From a virus: a stretch of 30,347 nt of DNA. Positions 27,201 to 30,347 of this stretch are shown here, one piece after another. The position numbers were made by a program, and so were the translations under genes. The stretch lies in UHGV virus genome UHGV-1790783; one strand, written 5' to 3'. The notes below the pieces were generated by a model that saw only the letters and a list, made by a program, of their open reading frames with translations, was not told the DNA's origin and searched no databases. Position 1 is the stretch's first letter; each line of letters starts with the position of its first letter.

Positions 27201-28840
27201 CAACTGTAGATAGCAGTTTGGCCACCATTGAAGAGATGAAAAAAACCGTGGCTGAAGTCGAGCACTCCAGTGCCGAAGTGACGACAAACATTGAGGCATT
27301 GGCTAAAACAAACATCGATTTAGCTTTGCGTCAGGATGAAGACCAGCACAAACAGATGGTGAGCAATGCCAGGATCGCCACAACTCAGAAGGCTTTTGCA
27401 GATGATATGTCCGCAATGGCTACGAAAATGGAAGAGATTAGAGCTGAAATAAATGAGGATATCAGAGCTTCAATCACTGAAGAGACTACGGCTCGTGTAG
27501 ATGCGGATAATGCTATTGGAAGCAGAATCACCAAACTTGAATCAAAGATTAACGATGACATTTCTGCCGCAATTGTGAGTGAACAAGAGGCGCGAGCCAG
27601 TGCCGATGAAGCACTTTCAAAAGAAGTCCTATCGTTACAAGCCAAAGTTGAAGGCGATATTAGTGCCGCTATATCTGAAGAAAAAAACGCCCGAGCAACT
27701 GCCGACGAATCTTTGGCACAACAGATAACTACATTGAAGAGTCAAACGGGCAAGGATATTAAGGCGGCTGTAGCTGAAGAGACGAAAGCCAGAACTGATG
27801 CTGATTCCGCTTTGGCTTCTAATATCACTAATCTACAGGCTCAAACGAGCAAAGATATTCATGCTGCGATTACATCTGAAGCGACTACGCGTACAAGCGC
27901 CGACAATGCACTAAGTGGGAGAATTGACACCTTAAAAGCATCAGTAGATGGAAATACAGCAACAATTCAACAACAGGCCACAGCTATTGCTGATACGAAC
28001 AAGAAGGTATCAACAGCCTGGACGCTGAAAATGGAAACCTCCACCAGCGGAGGCCAAAAATATGTTGCCGGCATAGCGTTGGGCATCGACACAACAGGTC
28101 TATCGCAGTTTTTGGTGCAGGCAGATCGCTTTGGTTTGGTGAACTCCGTTAATGGGAAAATTACAACGCCATTCGTTATTGATGCCGGTGTGGCTTATAT
28201 GAACGGAGCTTATATCAAGAACGGCACCATTGATAACGCCAAAATAGGCAACTTCATTCAGTCCAACGATTACTCAAGCGGAATGACGGGGTGGCATATT
28301 AATAAAAACGGGAACTCAGAGTTTAACAATGTAACTGTTAGAGGCACCGTTTACGCAACGAATGGCAAATTCACAGGAGAAATACAGGCTACCAGCGGAA
28401 CATTCAGAGGCACGGTACAAGCAGATCACTTCGTAGGCGATGTCGCTAACATGTATGTGGGCAATGACTTCTCAGTTCGTAACAGCGGCACATATACAAT
28501 GACATATACAGACTCTTCTTCGTCTGCATTGCCCAAAAATATTTATGTGGCAATAAATGTATATACGGGGGGCGTCGGCCCTGTTGCAGCCCAATTTACC
28601 TGCAATGGAGTGACGAAGACCGCAGCCACTGGTAAGGGGGCTACATACAGAGACCCTGATCTTAATTCGACAAGTTCTACAGGCGTCGGTGGCACTCTTT
28701 ACGCTGCTTTTAACAATGTTACCTCAAGAACTGTTGCTGTTACGGTAAAAGTGACCAGTTCATCACAGACACATATTTATTCGCCCGTGATGCTAATCAG
28801 CCGTGGAAGTGGCGCATTTTCCATGTCGGGCATCAGTTAA
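24266..28840 (+). CDS. J: Central tail fibre / host specificity protein, lambda gpJ-like
   Basis: ATG at 24266 (SD AAGGA) within track ORF 24260..28840; ~1524 aa. Segments NYPNSALVGLKVNSEQFGS, FGCTSRGQAHRVGLWLL and the C-terminal FLVQADRFGL region match my recollection of lambda J. Contains tandem 33-aa repeats and a divergent C-terminal tip. Confidence 0.9.
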   Translation: MEQFKKKRLPLLIAGAGGKKSSSSSRTPVEADDTVNSRAMASILDLLGEGVIGGLVDGAKSIFIDDLPILNEDGSANYSGITWDFRDGSQDQTPMAGFDFVETPKSINIQLKKTHDVTVSIDNDEADRVRLILKFPSLRSVDKKSGDTNGTTVKYKFQIANGDGTFADVVAEGEKDVEIALTAKKTGVYYRSYELKLPKPGRAYKVRVIRLTDDSKTQYLYNDTWVDSIGEIVDTPMNYPNSALVGLKVNSEQFGSTMPSRSYLVRGIKIRVPSNYNEYTNTYVGVWDGTFKLLSSSNPAWILFDLLTNARYGLGQYVSESMIDLGQLYQIGRYCDEEVDDGFGGKEKRFAINTQITSRQDAYRLIQDIAGAFRGMVFWAGGMVNIMQDSPSDPVMMFTNSNVKDGLFTYKGSARKDRPSVALVTYNNKEDGYKQNIEYVEDQDAMRRYGERKTEVVAFGCTSRGQAHRVGLWLLYTARMESDVITFTAGLDASFLMPGETVLIQNKYRAGKRNSGRIVAFTKNSVTLDAPVSLAKGGCFIRILNQEGKIVERDVLETGENITKVTFSKALSSAETPVLNGVWTITEPDLEPMRVRIVNIAQGETSGSFDITAVENNPSKYEAIDNGATLIPQNTTVLDPTYSKPSNLQITEGTYLSSPGNLSVKLTATWEGKSPEYWISWRRSDANNVSNWQSARVTEEQYEIVNVAENGRYDFQLYAVSFNGKKTEIISTVYKVQGTMTPPDAPTALTAVGDYRNVILNWVNPDSIDLDHINVYASRTNNLDTAKLIAEAASTTFTHAGLGDSETWFYWVRAANKRGMLSQPNSNLGTEAMTKDVLSFLTGKITSSELGQELLEEIDTKASQEAVDAINKQMEESLKSLDDKFTETDQRIEEAQNVLRTEVSNTVSKVEEALKEVENSNAALIQLKETVSEQDKVVAGAVEAANAALDNSSALVAEEREARVEGDLANAKEIEAMKSTVDSSLATIEEMKKTVAEVEHSSAEVTTNIEALAKTNIDLALRQDEDQHKQMVSNARIATTQKAFADDMSAMATKMEEIRAEINEDIRASITEETTARVDADNAIGSRITKLESKINDDISAAIVSEQEARASADEALSKEVLSLQAKVEGDISAAISEEKNARATADESLAQQITTLKSQTGKDIKAAVAEETKARTDADSALASNITNLQAQTSKDIHAAITSEATTRTSADNALSGRIDTLKASVDGNTATIQQQATAIADTNKKVSTAWTLKMETSTSGGQKYVAGIALGIDTTGLSQFLVQADRFGLVNSVNGKITTPFVIDAGVAYMNGAYIKNGTIDNAKIGNFIQSNDYSSGMTGWHINKNGNSEFNNVTVRGTVYATNGKFTGEIQATSGTFRGTVQADHFVGDVANMYVGNDFSVRNSGTYTMTYTDSSSSALPKNIYVAINVYTGGVGPVAAQFTCNGVTKTAATGKGATYRDPDLNSTSSTGVGGTLYAAFNNVTSRTVAVTVKVTSSSQTHIYSPVMLISRGSGAFSMSGIS
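27458..27952 (+). repeat. Five tandem 99-bp (33-aa) coiled-coil-type repeats inside the J-like gene
   Basis: Seen in translation: DIRASITEETTARVDADNAIGSRITKLESKIND / DISAAIVSEQEARASADEALSKEVLSLQAKVEG / DISAAISEEKNARATADESLAQQITTLKSQTGK / DIKAAVAEETKARTDADSALASNITNLQAQTSK / DIHAAITSEATTRTSADNALSGRIDTLKASVDG. Nucleotide copies are diverged. Confidence 0.75.
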
Positions 28841-28897
28841 TTGATAGGAATAATGAGCAGCAATGTATATAGCGTGTTTTCTTAGTGCAAAAGGATT

Positions 28898-28928
28898 TTG
28901 TATCATTGATAATAAGTAAGTATATACC
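28898..28928 (+). promoter_or_regulatory. Putative sigma70-like promoter for the tail fibre gene, containing the ATAAGTAAGTA motif
   Basis: Seen in sequence: TTGTAT (28898..28903), 17-nt spacer containing ATAAGTAAG, TATATA (28921..28926). Confidence 0.5.
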
Positions 28929-28933
28929 TATTT

Positions 28934-28955
28934 GTGTGGGCAAGGACGCCCACAC
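28934..28955 (+). promoter_or_regulatory. GC-rich hairpin in the tail-fibre 5' leader
   Basis: Seen in sequence: GTGTGGGC-AAGGAC-GCCCACAC (8-bp stem), followed by the SD AAGGAG, not by a T-tract. Stem sequence resembles the capsid terminator stem. Confidence 0.55.
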
Positions 28956-28975
28956 TTCAAGGAGTGAAAAAGAAC

Positions 28976-30347
28976 ATGTGGTACAGGGAAGGTACTGTTA
29001 CATTTACAAAAGGAAGCGACACAATATCAGGCATCGGAACACGTTGGAATTTGACCGAAAAAGGCGTGTTACCGGGCATGATTGTCATTGGTCCTGACAA
29101 TAAGTTGTATGAGGTCAAGCGCGTAACCAGTGATACGGTCATTGTCCTCTCAGAACCTTATACCGGCGAAACTCAATCTAAAGTTCCGTGCCGAATCATT
29201 ACGACCTATGAAGGCGACTTAACTCAGTTTAGTGCGCGCTTTACTGCACTAATGTCGCGTATGTCGGCTGATTCCAAGTCCATGCGCAGTTGGTTGACCG
29301 CTCTGGATGATGTGACAATCGAGCGTGAAGACGGTACAGAAGTGACCGTTAAGCCGCTAATGCAGATCGTCAACGAGCATAACGAAAACGTTGAGTGGTA
29401 TAAAAATAACACCGATGCGATTGAGGCCGCTGGAGACAAAGCTCGGGAGGCGGCGGCCAGTGCTGTCGCTGCGGCAGAAAGTGCCAACACTGCTGTAGAA
29501 AAAGCCTCTCAGGCATCTCAAAGTGCATCCGCTGCGGTATCTTCACAAAGTGCGGCGAGTGAGAGTGCAGCTGCTGCGGAAAAATCTGAAACAAACGCAG
29601 AAGCGGCAAAAGAAGCGGCAGCAAAATCAGCATCTGTGGCGTCGACTAAAGCATCGGAGGCAGCCACATCAGCGTCCAGTGCCTCTGCATCTAAGGATGC
29701 GGCTAAATTATCAGAGACTAACGCTTCATCGAGTGCAAACGCGGCAGCATCATCAGCTACAGAAGCTGCAAATTCATGTAAGGCAGCAAAAGCATCAGAG
29801 ACAAACGCAAAAGCGTCTGAAGCTGCTGCCGAACAGAGTGCATTGTCTGCAAACAGTTCTAAATCTGCGGCAGAAACGTCAGCGAGCGCGGCCTCAATAA
29901 GCGCGGATAGTGCTTCATCAAGTGCAACGTCGGCAGAAAAGTCTGCGGAAAGCGCTTCGTTATCTGCGGCAAATGCCACCGCTAAAGCGACAGAGGCGAC
30001 GGAACAGGCAACAGCTGCGGAAAAGTCAGCAGAGGCGGCAAAATCTTCTGAAACCAATGCAAAGACTTCAGAAGACAATGCCGCTGCTTCTAAGGAGACA
30101 GCAGCCGAATCTGCAAGCTCTGCCTCTGTTTCAGCTTCCTCGGCGTCATCTTCAAAAGATGAGGCCGCTCGCCAGGCGTCAGCGGCAGCAGAGAGTGCGA
30201 CAACGGCATCAACGAAGGCGACGGAAGCGGCAGACAGTGCGACGGCGGCTGCGCAGAGCAAAAATGCGGCAGAATCCGCGGCAACACGCTCTGAGACAGC
30301 GGCAAAACGGGCAGAGGATATTGCATCCGCCGTGGCGCTTGAGGATG
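28976..30347 (+). CDS. Side tail fibre protein (5' partial; runs off the window end), lambda Stf-like Ala/Ser-rich shaft
   Basis: ATG at 28976 with SD AAGGAG; open to the window end (no stop), so absent from the track as a complete ORF. Globular N-terminal ~150 aa followed by an A/S/E/K-rich region ending ...SKNAAESAATRSETAAKRAEDIASAVALED, closely matching my recollection of lambda Stf. Confidence 0.85.
   Translation, partial: MWYREGTVTFTKGSDTISGIGTRWNLTEKGVLPGMIVIGPDNKLYEVKRVTSDTVIVLSEPYTGETQSKVPCRIITTYEGDLTQFSARFTALMSRMSADSKSMRSWLTALDDVTIEREDGTEVTVKPLMQIVNEHNENVEWYKNNTDAIEAAGDKAREAAASAVAAAESANTAVEKASQASQSASAAVSSQSAASESAAAAEKSETNAEAAKEAAAKSASVASTKASEAATSASSASASKDAAKLSETNASSSANAAASSATEAANSCKAAKASETNAKASEAAAEQSALSANSSKSAAETSASAASISADSASSSATSAEKSAESASLSAANATAKATEATEQATAAEKSAEAAKSSETNAKTSEDNAAASKETAAESASSASVSASSASSSKDEAARQASAAAESATTASTKATEAADSATAAAQSKNAAESAATRSETAAKRAEDIASAVALED

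Noticed and set aside
29518-30261. 247-aa minus-strand ORF and the 125-aa plus-strand ORF at 29523..29900 within the tail-fibre region
   Set aside because: Produced by the Ala/Ser-rich, GC-biased repeat composition of the fibre shaft; the real plus-strand fibre frame starts at 28976 with a strong ribosome-binding site and runs off the window.
1-30347. Search for tRNA genes, CRISPR arrays, integrase/transposase genes and attachment sites
   Set aside because: No cloverleaf-compatible sequences, regularly spaced direct repeats or recombinase motifs were recognised by eye; without a search tool I cannot exclude small RNAs, so none is reported.

Overview
This window reads as a contiguous piece of a tailed-phage (siphovirus-type) genome or prophage, not a bacterial core region. 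Everything below was read by eye from the sequence and the supplied ORF track; no database search or folding was run, so product names rest on motifs, gene order and recalled family features. Layout: (1) an AT-rich non-coding stretch at 1-280; (2) a minus-strand operon at 321-3487 encoding an SF2 helicase, a small RHH-like protein, an outer-membrane lipoprotein, an internally duplicated unknown protein and a small secreted Cys-containing protein; (3) a compact divergent promoter region at 3488-3569; (4) a plus-strand, translationally coupled six-gene module at 3570-6972 (two ParB/Srx-like proteins, a stand-alone ABC-type ATPase, an 84-aa protein, a GNAT-like protein, a small putative DNA-binding protein) with no obvious role in a standard morphogenesis cassette, which is my best candidate for an undescribed accessory system; (5) a complete packaging/head/tail cassette at 7164-30347: TerS, TerL, portal, scaffold-like, major capsid, Ig-like protein, head-tail joining proteins, major tail protein, frameshifted tail chaperones, a ~1520-aa tape measure, lambda-like M-L-K-I-J tail tip proteins, and the 5' part of a side tail fibre that runs off the window. 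A recurring AT-rich motif (core ATAAGTAAGTA) sits in several intergenic regions, often next to sigma70-like -10 elements and GC-rich hairpins. No tRNA, rRNA, CRISPR array, integrase or transposase was recognised.
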